Part shown: piece after piece, positions 27,951 through 35,367 of the stretch | How positions within the stretch are numbered: the first letter of the stretch is position 1 | Layout: the number at the start of each line of letters is the position of its first letter | Origin: a virus | Reading direction: 5' to 3' (one strand) | Virus genome (UHGV): UHGV-0066004 | Length of the DNA: 64,000 nt | The notes under the pieces: generated by a model | What the model saw: the letters and a program-made list of their open reading frames with translations, nothing else | Told to the model about the DNA's origin: nothing | Databases searched by the model: none | Translations under genes and position numbers: made by a program

Positions 27951-28685
27951 TTATTTCTGTAATGCGTTCTTCATTTCTGGTGTTGCAATAGTGTCAATTA
28001 CACCAGTTTTACAAGCATCATCAAACCAGTCTGGTAAGATACCTGCTAAGAACCCATTGATATTCGTTTTAAGGTACTCTGCAATAAGGGCAGCTTCTTC
28101 TTCAATCATCTGCACAACTTCATCTGCATAAGCTGTAATCTTTGAGATACCTTCATTAATCTTACTGACAGCTTGGTTAGCTAAATCAGAAACAGTATCA
28201 AGACCCTTGTCAATAGCGTCTTGTAAGTCACTTAATACATCGTTAACACTCTCTAGTGTACTGTTAATCGTATCAATAGCTTTTTGACCATATTCTGTAG
28301 CAACACCCATAATACCACTGAACGGTGTACAACCAACTTGTTCTCCTGCTGCACCCATAACATTGGAATATCCCTTTGCTACCTGCATACGTGATGAAAA
28401 CTCATCAATAGATTTTTGACCGTAGTCTGTCAGGGTCTTAGTAGTTGCTGTAGTGCTTGTAAGGCTTGTTGTAAAGCTGTTTAGAAGGACTGTTGTAAGT
28501 CCAGCAGCAACAAGCTTATCCTTTACTGTAGGGTCTGATACAGAGCTAATAGAGCTTACAAGTGATGTAGAGGCAGCTACGGTTCCACCGAGAACTGCTG
28601 CACCAGTAATAAGGGGGTTAGAAAACCCTTTACCGGTTTTTAAGAGATTGAAAATCTCCTTACCTTGTTCTGTCATCTCTTTCAT
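27951..28685 (-). CDS. hypothetical protein inside tRNA array
   Basis: track ORF 27951..28748 trimmed to internal Met (MKEMTEQ) because its 5' end overlaps a tRNA. Confidence 0.5.
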   Translation of the reverse strand: MKEMTEQGKEIFNLLKTGKGFSNPLITGAAVLGGTVAASTSLVSSISSVSDPTVKDKLVAAGLTTVLLNSFTTSLTSTTATTKTLTDYGQKSIDEFSSRMQVAKGYSNVMGAAGEQVGCTPFSGIMGVATEYGQKAIDTINSTLESVNDVLSDLQDAIDKGLDTVSDLANQAVSKINEGISKITAYADEVVQMIEEEAALIAEYLKTNINGFLAGILPDWFDDACKTGVIDTIATPEMKNALQK

Positions 28686-28703
28686 TAAGCACCTTTGAAA
28701 TTG

Positions 28704-28778
28704 GTAGTCCAGTGGGATTTGAACCCTCTTCTCATGTTTTTCAGACACGCGCTTTAACCATATAAGCTACTTGGACTA
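28704..28778 (-). tRNA. tRNA-Phe (GAA)
   Basis: acceptor TAGTCCA/TGGACTA perfect; anticodon loop CTGAAAA. Confidence 0.7.
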
Positions 28779-28783
28779 TAAAT

Positions 28784-28859
28784 TGGGGTGACCTACGGGA
28801 TTTGAACCCGTATAGACCATGTTCACAGCATGGGTCATTACCGTTTATGATAAGGCCAC
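28784..28859 (-). tRNA. tRNA-His (GTG)
   Basis: anticodon stem CCATG/CATGG, loop CTGTGAA. Confidence 0.7.
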
Positions 28860-28890
28860 ATTTAAGGACTCTCGTAAGAATCCTTAGAAG

Positions 28891-28966
28891 TGGCAGCGGC
28901 ATAAGGATTTGAACCTTAATAAGACAGCTTCAGAGACTGCTGCATTGCCAGTTATGCTATGCCGCT
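28891..28966 (-). tRNA. tRNA-Gln (CTG), tentative
   Basis: acceptor AGCGGCA/TGCCGCT; anticodon loop CTCTGAA with G-U closed stem. Confidence 0.6.
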
Positions 28967-28971
28967 AAATT

Positions 28972-29050
28972 TGGTACTCCATATCGGATTCGAACCGATA
29001 CATAACACAGATTTTAAGTCTGGCCTCTCTGCCAATTGGAGTAATGGAGC
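28972..29050 (-). tRNA. tRNA with Leu anticodon TAA, atypical short variable arm
   Basis: 79 nt; T-arm ATCGG-TTCGAAT-CCGAT; loop CTTAAAA; A73. Confidence 0.55.
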
Positions 29051-29052
29051 AT

Positions 29053-29128
29053 TGGCGGGGGATGTTGGAATTGAACCAACTTCTTCGATTTCAAAGACCG
29101 AGGTTTTAACCTTGTAAACTAATCCCCT
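29053..29128 (-). tRNA. tRNA-Gln (TTG)
   Basis: anticodon stem TCGGT/ATCGA, loop CTTTGAA. Confidence 0.65.
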
Positions 29129-29136
29129 TTAAATCT

Positions 29137-29694
29137 TTACTTTCTCAGTGGATGAATAAAGAATGCCAACATAACTCTTTCCCTTGAGAATGCTCTTTCT
29201 TCTGGGACAACACTTTTTAGTTTCCATCCAATATAAATTCTCCAGTAAAATTGTTTACCAAAGATTTTAATTGATGGGATAAAAGCGAATAATCCCCAAG
29301 CATTACTGTTCCACATTAGGAGATAACCTGTCTGATTATCTTCAGGGTCAGAACTTACGTTGATATTACCTTTCCACTTAGTAACATCTTTTACATCTCT
29401 TCCTAATACATGGTAAGAGAAGTTATAAGCTTTGTTTCTCCAGAGCCATCCGACTCTTTGCATGTAGACACCTAGTTTACCAATCCATCTGATATTAGCC
29501 CATCTTTTAACGTGACCTTCATCACCATCAATTGGGTTGTCATATGTCTCCATCCATCTGAACCCGAAAGGTAAGTGTCCTTTCTTCTCACTGTAGAATG
29601 GAACTACGAAAGGTGCTAAGATAACTGCTAGTATTGCTGCAAGTGGTTCTAGCAAAGCTAAGAAAATCCATGAAGCATATTTTAAGTATCTCAT
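29137..29694 (-). CDS. hypothetical membrane protein
   Basis: 185 aa; hydrophobic N-terminus, Trp-rich. Confidence 0.5.
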   Translation of the reverse strand: MRYLKYASWIFLALLEPLAAILAVILAPFVVPFYSEKKGHLPFGFRWMETYDNPIDGDEGHVKRWANIRWIGKLGVYMQRVGWLWRNKAYNFSYHVLGRDVKDVTKWKGNINVSSDPEDNQTGYLLMWNSNAWGLFAFIPSIKIFGKQFYWRIYIGWKLKSVVPEERAFSRERVMLAFFIHPLRK

Positions 29695-29933
29695 TGTCTA
29701 ACCCTCGTAAGGAGGTAAGCATTATTACTTGTTTCTGAGCTTTCTGGTAACATTGTCTCAAAATTGACACTTTTAAGTTGTCTTCCACCAAAGCAATGAC
29801 CAATAAATCTTTCTACTTTTATTGGGTCGCATTCCCATCCGACTTTTAAGAAAATGTGGGTATCTATAGTGGGAACCCTTACAAACTCAATACTATTGGG
29901 ATTTTCATGTTCAACGACGATTAATGTTTGCAT
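29691..29933 (-). CDS. hypothetical protein
   Basis: 80 aa, start-coupled to downstream ORF. Confidence 0.45.
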   Translation of the reverse strand: MQTLIVVEHENPNSIEFVRVPTIDTHIFLKVGWECDPIKVERFIGHCFGGRQLKSVNFETMLPESSETSNNAYLLTRVRQ

Positions 29934-29941
29934 AAATTCCT

Positions 29942-30017
29942 CTTGCTTATCTGGCGCAGGATAAGGGATTCGAACCCCTATTAACAGTTTCGTAGACTGT
30001 TGCTCTATCCATTTGAA
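29942..30017 (-). tRNA. tRNA-Arg (ACG)
   Basis: acceptor GCAGGAT/ATCCTGC; D-arm GTTC-AAATGGATA-GAGC; loop CTACGAA. Confidence 0.75.
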
Positions 30018-30022
30018 CTAAT

Positions 30023-30100
30023 CCTGCAAAATTGGTGTTCCAAGACGGATTCGAACCGTCACTAATACAAGGTTTGAGCTTGCATCCTCTGCCAATTGGG
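30023..30100 (-). tRNA. tRNA with Leu anticodon CAA, atypical short variable arm
   Basis: 78 nt; anticodon stem GCAAG/CTTGT, loop CTCAAAC; A73. Confidence 0.55.
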
Positions 30101-30101
30101 A

Positions 30102-30176
30102 TACTGGAACATGGTACTCACTAAAGGACTTGAACCTTTTTCTTCATCTTGTAAGGGTGGTGTTTTACCATATAAA
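30102..30176 (-). tRNA. tRNA-like, anticodon tentatively TAC (Val), weak anticodon stem
   Basis: good acceptor, D-arm and T-arm; anticodon stem only 3 of 5 pairs. Confidence 0.45.
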
Positions 30177-30276
30177 CTAAGCGAGTGTGAAAGAGGTCTG
30201 AAGTTGTGCCGCTAACTCAACTCCGTGGAATTTGTTACGGTCTTCAGTTGACACCAGCGGTCTTTCACTTGACCTC
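30176..30276 (-). ncRNA. structured RNA candidate (non-tRNA) within tRNA array
   Basis: terminal complementarity AGAGGTC...GACCTCT and internal CUGAAGACCG motifs related to the Y-RNA-like family. Confidence 0.3.
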
Positions 30277-30348
30277 TGAATTGGTGCTGCTCACAGGACT
30301 CGAACCCGCATTTCCATCCTTACAAGGGATGTGTAATAGCCAATTATA
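30272..30348 (-). tRNA. tRNA-Thr (TGT)
   Basis: anticodon stem CATCC/GGATG, loop CTTGTAA. Confidence 0.7.
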
Positions 30349-30355
30349 CGAAAGC

Positions 30356-30430
30356 AGCATTAATTTGGAGCATCCAGAGGGAATCGAACCCTCAACCTCA
30401 GTTTGGAAGACTGTAATTTTCCCGTTTAAA
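30356..30430 (-). tRNA. tRNA-Gly (TCC)
   Basis: acceptor GCATCCA/TGGATGC; loop CTTCCAA. Confidence 0.7.
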
Positions 30431-30436
30431 CTATGG

Positions 30437-30512
30437 ATGCACTAATTGGTGGAGAAGCAGGGAATTGAACCCTGTACTTAAGTTTGCAAAACTTATGTTT
30501 TAACCATGTAAA
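30437..30512 (-). tRNA. tRNA-Ala (TGC)
   Basis: anticodon stem TAAGT/ACTTA, loop TTTGCAA; T-arm CAGGG-TTCAATT-CCCTG. Confidence 0.7.
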
Positions 30513-30518
30513 CTACAT

Positions 30519-30594
30519 CCCCAATGTATGGTACAGGTGGAGGGAATTGAACCCATCGTCTTACTGATTAAGAGTCAGCCGCATAACCATTTTG
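30519..30594 (-). tRNA. tRNA-Lys (CTT), tentative
   Basis: anticodon stem GCTGA/TCAGT, loop CTCTTAA; weak T-stem. Confidence 0.55.
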
Positions 30595-30601
30595 CTACAC
30601 C

Positions 30602-30679
30602 TGCATTAATTTGGTAGGAGACAAGGGATTCGAACCCTCAAACACCAACTTCTAAGGATGGTAGGTTTACCAATTACCG
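30602..30679 (-). tRNA. tRNA with Leu anticodon TAG, atypical short variable arm
   Basis: 78 nt; T-arm GAGGG-TTCGAAT-CCCTT; loop CTTAGAA; A73. Confidence 0.5.
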
Positions 30680-30756
30680 TCAATCTCCCATTAAATCTTT
30701 TTAGAGAACTTCTAAGAACCTAAGCAACAAGGTTCCACAACAAGCTGTAATAACCT

Positions 30757-30783
30757 TAGAAGCCCTCTAAAAAGACCTAAAAA
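30757..30783 (-). terminator. stem-loop terminator candidate inside tRNA array
   Basis: aaagacc-loop-ggtcttt palindrome with U-run on minus-strand reading. Confidence 0.4.
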
Positions 30784-30937
30784 GGTCTTTGCATAGTCTT
30801 GTTTAATCCGGTGACTAGAACCTTTGGAGAGCTTGATATTATCTCTTCTCCGTGACACATACTAGGTGCTTTACTGTGCTTGTACGACAATACACGAGGG
30901 ATACCAAAGCAACATCCGAATGAAGCTTGGCTTTAAA

Positions 30938-31025
30938 CCTTATTAGGCGGTAAGTAAAGGAGTCGAACCCTCACCGTATCTCTACAGTGGCAACTGTTTT
31001 CAAGACAGTTTGGCTACCATTAGCC
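30938..31025 (-). tRNA. tRNA-Ser (TGA), type II
   Basis: 88 nt, long variable arm; anticodon stem ACTGT/ACAGT, loop CTTGAAA. Confidence 0.7.
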
Positions 31026-31038
31026 GCTACCTACCCCT

Positions 31039-31121
31039 AATAAGACTTTGGCATGGGACGGAGGAGTTGAACCCCTTTGAAACGGTTTTGGAGGCCGTTG
31101 CTCATGCCTTAGAGTCTTAAC
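31039..31121 (-). tRNA. tRNA-like, anticodon tentatively CCA (Trp), extended D region
   Basis: perfect acceptor ATGGGAC/GTCCCAT; loop CTCCAAA; about 7 extra nt in D region. Confidence 0.45.
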
Positions 31122-31263
31122 ATCGTCCCATATTATAATTCGAAGCTTACCGTATTATCTCAACACTGTAAAGCCCCTTCTCAGATTATTTACATGTTCT
31201 GGAAAACATGAGATACAGACCACCTCCCTACAGGAAGACCCGCTTAGGTCGTCTAAGTAATCT

Positions 31264-31340
31264 GCTAACTAATTGGCACACCCTACAGGATTCGAACCTG
31301 TAACTAACGATTTAGAAGACCGTTGCTCTATCCAATTGAA
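31264..31340 (-). tRNA. tRNA-Arg (TCT)
   Basis: D-arm GTTC-AATTGGATA-GAGC; loop CTTCTAA. Confidence 0.75.
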
Positions 31341-31587
31341 CTAAGGGTGCATTAATCTTTAAAGACTCTCTTAGAAAGCCCTTAAAGATGCCCACCTTAT
31401 TAATCATACCGTGGGCTAGTACGCCAAATTCTTTGATGAGGGATTGGAAGACCTCACTGGTGTTTAGCCTATCAAGCTACTGCCAGAAAAACATTGTCGT
31501 TTGCATTTATTTTAAATTTGCAAAATAGACGCTACGCAACGAAAACTAAGGTTACTATAAAGTAGTCACATCTCAATGTCAACAACT

Positions 31588-31663
31588 TTATTGAAATTGG
31601 TACTGGTAGGTGGAATCGAACCACCGATGTTCCCTTATCAGGGGAGTGTTATAACCTTCTTAA
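31588..31663 (-). tRNA. tRNA-Ile (GAT)
   Basis: T-arm GGTGG-TTCGATT-CCACC; loop CTGATAA. Confidence 0.7.
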
Positions 31664-31664
31664 C

Positions 31665-31741
31665 TATACCAGCTTGGAGGTTCAGATGGGAATCGAACCC
31701 ACATTCATAGGGCTTATGAGACCCTTGCATTACCTTATCTG
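31665..31741 (-). tRNA. tRNA-Met (CAT)
   Basis: perfect acceptor GGTTCAG/CTGAACC; loop CTCATAA. Confidence 0.7.
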
Positions 31742-31745
31742 CGAC

Positions 31746-31821
31746 TGAACCATATTGGTAGAAGTGGAGGGATTCGAACCCATCGCCTGTCAGATTAAAA
31801 GTCTGCTGCATCACCATTCTG
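31746..31821 (-). tRNA. tRNA-Lys (TTT)
   Basis: T-arm GGGTTCGAATCCC; loop CTTTTAA. Confidence 0.7.
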
Positions 31822-31825
31822 CTAC

Positions 31826-31969
31826 ACTTCCATTAAATTATCTTTGTAGATAAGCTACCCAGACTTGCTTAAGGTCTGTAGCGATGTGCCTTGTTGGGTT
31901 TAAATCTAGAATTTACCCTTTCACCCTTTGTGGTCGCATACTCACAGGTAAGCTTAATAACTTATCTAC
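31826..31969 (-). ncRNA. structured RNA candidate closed by a 19-bp perfect inverted repeat
   Basis: aattatctttgtagataag at 31826-31844 is the exact reverse complement of 31951-31969; internal CCAGAC/GTCTGG hairpin; no convincing ORF. Confidence 0.4.
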
Positions 31970-31970
31970 A

Positions 31971-32102
31971 AAGATAATTACCAGACCGTTGTTTATCATC
32001 TTAAGTGCTACCATTACACCAACTCGACATCTGCCGAGTGAAGGAATCGAACCTTCGCCTTTTCTTTACCGGAGAAATAGATTGTTTAAGTTTTGCTGTA
32101 AA
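31971..32102 (-). ncRNA. Y RNA-like (YrlA-type) candidate: circularly permuted tRNA-like module closed by a bulged terminal helix
   Basis: minus strand reads 5' CAGAAGACCG ... T-arm GAAGG-TTCGATT-CCTTC, acceptor 3' strand ACTCGGC, AGAT loop, acceptor 5' strand GTCGAGT, TG, D-arm GTGT-AATGGTA-GCAC ... AACGGTCTGG 3'; ends pair with AAG bulge; no anticodon arm. Confidence 0.55.
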
Positions 32103-32115
32103 CGGTCTTCTGTAA

Positions 32116-32188
32116 ATTTGTTGAGCCAGACCAAGTTTAAATTTTCAAAATTAAATTGGCTTGAAATTTCATACGTTCTTGCTGTATT
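32116..32188 (-). ncRNA. Y RNA-like helix element (no tRNA-like module)
   Basis: same closing helix (CAGAAGACCAA ... TTGGTCTGG) around an AT-rich hairpin. Confidence 0.4.
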
Positions 32189-32249
32189 TGGTCTTCTGCT
32201 CCTTTAAAGGATACTCGTAAGGACCCTTTAAGGGAGGGGCTAAATAGCC

Positions 32250-32327
32250 CTCTCAAAATTGGCGGTTACGAAGGGATTTGAACCCTCATCATCTCCCGTG
32301 ACAGGGGAGTATTTTAACCAAATTAAA
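32250..32327 (-). tRNA. tRNA-Asp (GTC)
   Basis: perfect anticodon stem CTCCC/GGGAG, loop CTGTCAC. Confidence 0.75.
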
Positions 32328-32332
32328 CTACA

Positions 32333-32420
32333 TAACCTTTATTGGTGTGCCGTGTAGGAGTCGAACCTACCGAGTCTCAATGACAAGGGATTTACAGTCC
32401 CCACCGCTACCATCTACGGG
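32333..32420 (-). tRNA. tRNA-Tyr (GTA), type II
   Basis: 88 nt with long variable arm; loop CTGTAAA. Confidence 0.7.
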
Positions 32421-32429
32421 ATAACGACA

Positions 32430-32506
32430 CATTTAAATTTGGCGGTTAGTCAGGGATTCGAACCCTGTGCCATTCGCTTAACAGGCGACCGCACATACCT
32501 TATATG
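32430..32506 (-). tRNA. tRNA-Asn (GTT)
   Basis: T-arm CAGGG-TTCGAAT-CCCTG; loop CTGTTAA. Confidence 0.65.
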
Positions 32507-32517
32507 CTTCCTAACCT

Positions 32518-32577
32518 TAATACATTGCCAGACCGTGTTTTTTCTTTTATCCGCAAAAAGTATTTTGTTGCTGAATA
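32518..32577 (-). ncRNA. Y RNA-like helix element
   Basis: closing helix GCAGAAGACCGT ... ACGGTCTGGC with 3-nt bulge. Confidence 0.4.
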
Positions 32578-32583
32578 CGGTCT

Positions 32584-32660
32584 TCTGCAAAATTGGAGGC
32601 GGGTGCAGGAGTCGAACCTGCCGATACCATGCTAATGAGACATGTGAGACGCCCTTTCTC
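32584..32660 (-). tRNA. tRNA (CAT); Met/Ile2 type, 1-72 mismatch
   Basis: loop CTCATTA; acceptor TGCGGGT/ACCCGCC with T1-C72 mismatch. Confidence 0.55.
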
Positions 32661-32671
32661 TATACCCGCAA

Positions 32672-32743
32672 TTCTCAATGACCAGACCAAATATCTTCTT
32701 TGTCCGATTTCGTGTCAGATGAGTAGATTAAGTTTGCTGTAAT
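32672..32743 (-). ncRNA. Y RNA-like helix element
   Basis: closing helix CAGAAGACCAATT ... ATTTGGTCTGG. Confidence 0.4.
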
Positions 32744-32750
32744 TGGTCTT

Positions 32751-32828
32751 CTGTCAAAACTGGCGTTCCAGAAGGGATTTGAACCCTCAGATATCCACTT
32801 TGAAAGAGTGGTGACTTTACCATTTTGT
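32751..32828 (-). tRNA. tRNA-Glu (TTC)
   Basis: perfect acceptor GTTCCAG/CTGGAAC; anticodon stem CCACT/AGTGG, loop CTTTCAA. Confidence 0.75.
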
Positions 32829-32835
32829 CTACTGG

Positions 32836-32912
32836 AACATTAATTTGGTCTCTGTTGGAGGACTTGAACCTCCGGCCTTACCGCCCCAAACGGAACGCTC
32901 TACCAAGCTGAG
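32836..32912 (-). tRNA. tRNA-Pro (TGG)
   Basis: D-arm GCTC-AGCTTGGTA-GAGC; T-arm GGAGG-TTCAAGT-CCTCC; loop TTTGGGG. Confidence 0.7.
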
Positions 32913-33087
32913 CTAAACAGAGATAAACTTTTCAAACTCTATGTAACCACTTTAACATTATTTTTTAGTGGTTGTCAAGAACTTTTTTAAAATATTTTTC
33001 AGTATCTTAGAAAAGCTCTCGTTTCGTTTCTATGTAGAACATATTAAAGGGTATCAAACACATTGTCAATACCCTTTTTAAAACTTT

Positions 33088-34503
33088 TTACCAGATATAA
33101 CGGTCAATCATTACTGCTTTGAGCATTACACTGATTGGGTCAAACTTCTCACCACCAAGCAGAGCTTTTAAAGTAGCTGGAGAAAAACCAGATACCATTG
33201 CTACACCGTTATCCTTAACAGACACTTCGCAAGTACCATTACGGTTTGCTAAGTACCAGAATACCAGTTGAGGCATTTCGTATCCAGCTTTTTTGTACTT
33301 ACTCTGAATTGCTTCAAAGTTTGTACGACCGTTAGCTCCATCAACCTGATTGAACTCCATATCGGAGAAGATGATAAGCTTACTTGGCATATCTTTCTGA
33401 GTCAAGTTGTTTCTTTTACCTGTTTCAAGAATACGGTCAAAAGCTGCTTGTAAGTTAGTTGAGCCATATTCAACGTGTCGCATCACCTGACGATGACGGT
33501 TTCGTAAATCACCACTCAGTTCGATGAAGTGAGGGTTTGTTGAATAAACCATCAACTCATTCTTAAAGCAACCTGTATTACGTTCTGCTACATACAATGC
33601 AAGTGAAACACCAATATCAAGAGCAGTAATTGAACCAAAATTCACCCAAGACATTGAGCTTGAAACATCAGACATACACAAGATGTTTTCACCCTCTGCC
33701 ATCCAGTTTGGTAGTGCTTTCCACTGCTCATTAGCAACATCTGCATTACCATACTTAACAGATTTAATTACATCGTATGGGTAAACAGCACCAGCATTAA
33801 TCTTAGTCTCACCCTTTGATAAGGACTCGATGTAAGCTTTGTAGCGTTCTCCATCTTTGCGGTTAAACAGTTTTTGGTAACGTGCAGCAGCAAGTGAAGG
33901 AATCTTACTGTAGTCAATCTTACCAAACTCATTAGCAGAGATTTTTTGCTCAACTGTATCAGATAGTGCAGACAACAGTGTGCGGTACTCTTTCTCACTC
34001 AAGTTGGCAAACTTGCAGAAACGTTTTACAAACTGCTTATGACGTGGTTTGACTCGTGGTAACCACTTAGCCGCCAAACCTGCTGTTGCAGGGTCTAGTA
34101 ATGCTGCTTCTAGATGTTTGAAGGCATCTGTCTCGAAACAAGTACCTACGAAGATTTTGAAGTCATCAAAACGACCAAGTTCTGCAATCTTATCCATAAT
34201 GCGAAGAACCTGCGTAGGCTCTAAAACTTTGTCTTCAATCGCTTGAAGTAAAACAGTTCTGAAGGCTTTACGCTCACCCATACCTTCTCGTACATCTCGC
34301 ATATGAAGCAAAATACGAACTGCAACATCAACATCCTCACGCAAAGCTTTGTAGAACAGGTCTGGTAAGATTTCTACGTTGCTACGGCTTGAACCAGCAG
34401 CTTTGTAAAAGTCTACAAGAGCAGACATTGATGAAGTATGGTTTACAGCACCATTTTCAGTTCGACCTGCATGAAGGTGCGCATGTTTAAATAATTCGCT
34501 CAT
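33088..34503 (-). CDS. vWA-domain protein, candidate Ro60 (TROVE)-like RNA-binding protein
   Basis: 471 aa; C-terminal vWA with complete MIDAS set (DVSSS, GST, FSD); N-terminal ~270 aa helical domain of TROVE-like size; adjacent to tRNA/Y-RNA-like array. Confidence 0.6.
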   Translation of the reverse strand: MSELFKHAHLHAGRTENGAVNHTSSMSALVDFYKAAGSSRSNVEILPDLFYKALREDVDVAVRILLHMRDVREGMGERKAFRTVLLQAIEDKVLEPTQVLRIMDKIAELGRFDDFKIFVGTCFETDAFKHLEAALLDPATAGLAAKWLPRVKPRHKQFVKRFCKFANLSEKEYRTLLSALSDTVEQKISANEFGKIDYSKIPSLAAARYQKLFNRKDGERYKAYIESLSKGETKINAGAVYPYDVIKSVKYGNADVANEQWKALPNWMAEGENILCMSDVSSSMSWVNFGSITALDIGVSLALYVAERNTGCFKNELMVYSTNPHFIELSGDLRNRHRQVMRHVEYGSTNLQAAFDRILETGKRNNLTQKDMPSKLIIFSDMEFNQVDGANGRTNFEAIQSKYKKAGYEMPQLVFWYLANRNGTCEVSVKDNGVAMVSGFSPATLKALLGGEKFDPISVMLKAVMIDRYIW

Positions 34504-34584
34504 ATTTTACTCTCTTCTCTCATTTGTTTGTTGATGTGACAGACTTTAAAGCAACTTTGTAGAGTCTGTCAACACCTTTTAAAA

Positions 34585-34956
34585 TTATTTTTTGAGAGTC
34601 GCTACAGCAGAGAACGTTGGTTTGTTATCTGTCTGAGACTGACCACCATTATCAGGGGTCTTCTTAGTGTCTGCTGCAATCGCTTTCATCTCACCTGCTG
34701 AGTGAGTCATGATGGTTTTACCAGCCTCCATCATCGACTTCAGGTTTACATCGTCAGTCGTCAAACCGAACTCTGCAAGCTTAGCAGCATCCCTTGTAAC
34801 AACCGCCTCAAACAACTTTGCAGCAAACTCAGCAGAATTATCAATGGTCAGTTGAGCTTTTACAAGTGAGCTTTTGTTACGAGAGCCTTTTGGTCTTCCA
34901 GATGGGTTTCCAGACTGGCCTTTTTTAAACTGGCCTTTGTTTGTTCTGTTTTTCAT
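34585..34956 (-). CDS. hypothetical basic protein with N-terminal GNPSGRPKG motif
   Basis: 123 aa; Lys/Arg-rich N-terminus. Confidence 0.5.
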   Translation of the reverse strand: MKNRTNKGQFKKGQSGNPSGRPKGSRNKSSLVKAQLTIDNSAEFAAKLFEAVVTRDAAKLAEFGLTTDDVNLKSMMEAGKTIMTHSAGEMKAIAADTKKTPDNGGQSQTDNKPTFSAVATLKK

Positions 34957-35184
34957 TGGTATGCCTCTTATAAGACCTCTTAAAAGGCTTTTAAGATAAA
35001 AGATAGATATCCAGAAAGATATCTGTTTAAATAGCCTTTTTAGAGGAACCTTTTAAGTTATCTTCTAAGTATTTATAAGCCTACACCTTGTCAAGTACTT
35101 TGTCAACAACTTTTTTAACTTGCAATAGTTCTTGACTTGTTGTATGGATTACTGTACCATCTTACTTAAAGCTGTAGGTCTGCC

Positions 35185-35367
35185 TTGTTCTACAAAGGAG
35201 ACTTAATGAGAAAATCAAATAAACCGAAGAAAGGTAAGAATACCAATCACTGTAAGGAATCAAAAAGGGTAGAATTAATCTACTATTCATCCTCTGAAAT
35301 TGGTCTGTACCTGTTCTTTCAAAATTACAGAAGACAAGAGGATTATCTATGTGTAGTTCCCAATTAG
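35185..35367 (+). CDS. hypothetical small protein
   Basis: 60-aa ORF at start of plus-strand block. Confidence 0.3.
   Translation: MFYKGDLMRKSNKPKKGKNTNHCKESKRVELIYYSSSEIGLYLFFQNYRRQEDYLCVVPN

Noticed and set aside
32022-32050. Isolated T-arm plus acceptor 3' strand read as a truncated tRNA pseudogene
   Set aside because: The matching acceptor 5' strand and a D-arm follow in permuted order, so the elements form one coherent tRNA-like module (reported as Y-RNA-like candidate)
30206-32681. Plus-strand ORFs 30206..30445, 31884..32207 and 32439..32681
   Set aside because: Run through minus-strand tRNAs and structured RNA elements; better explained as non-coding
33040-33080. Hairpin aagggtat-N14-ataccctt as terminator of the Ro60-like gene
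   Set aside because: The T-run follows the stem on the plus strand, not on the minus strand where the gene lies; orientation and function ambiguous
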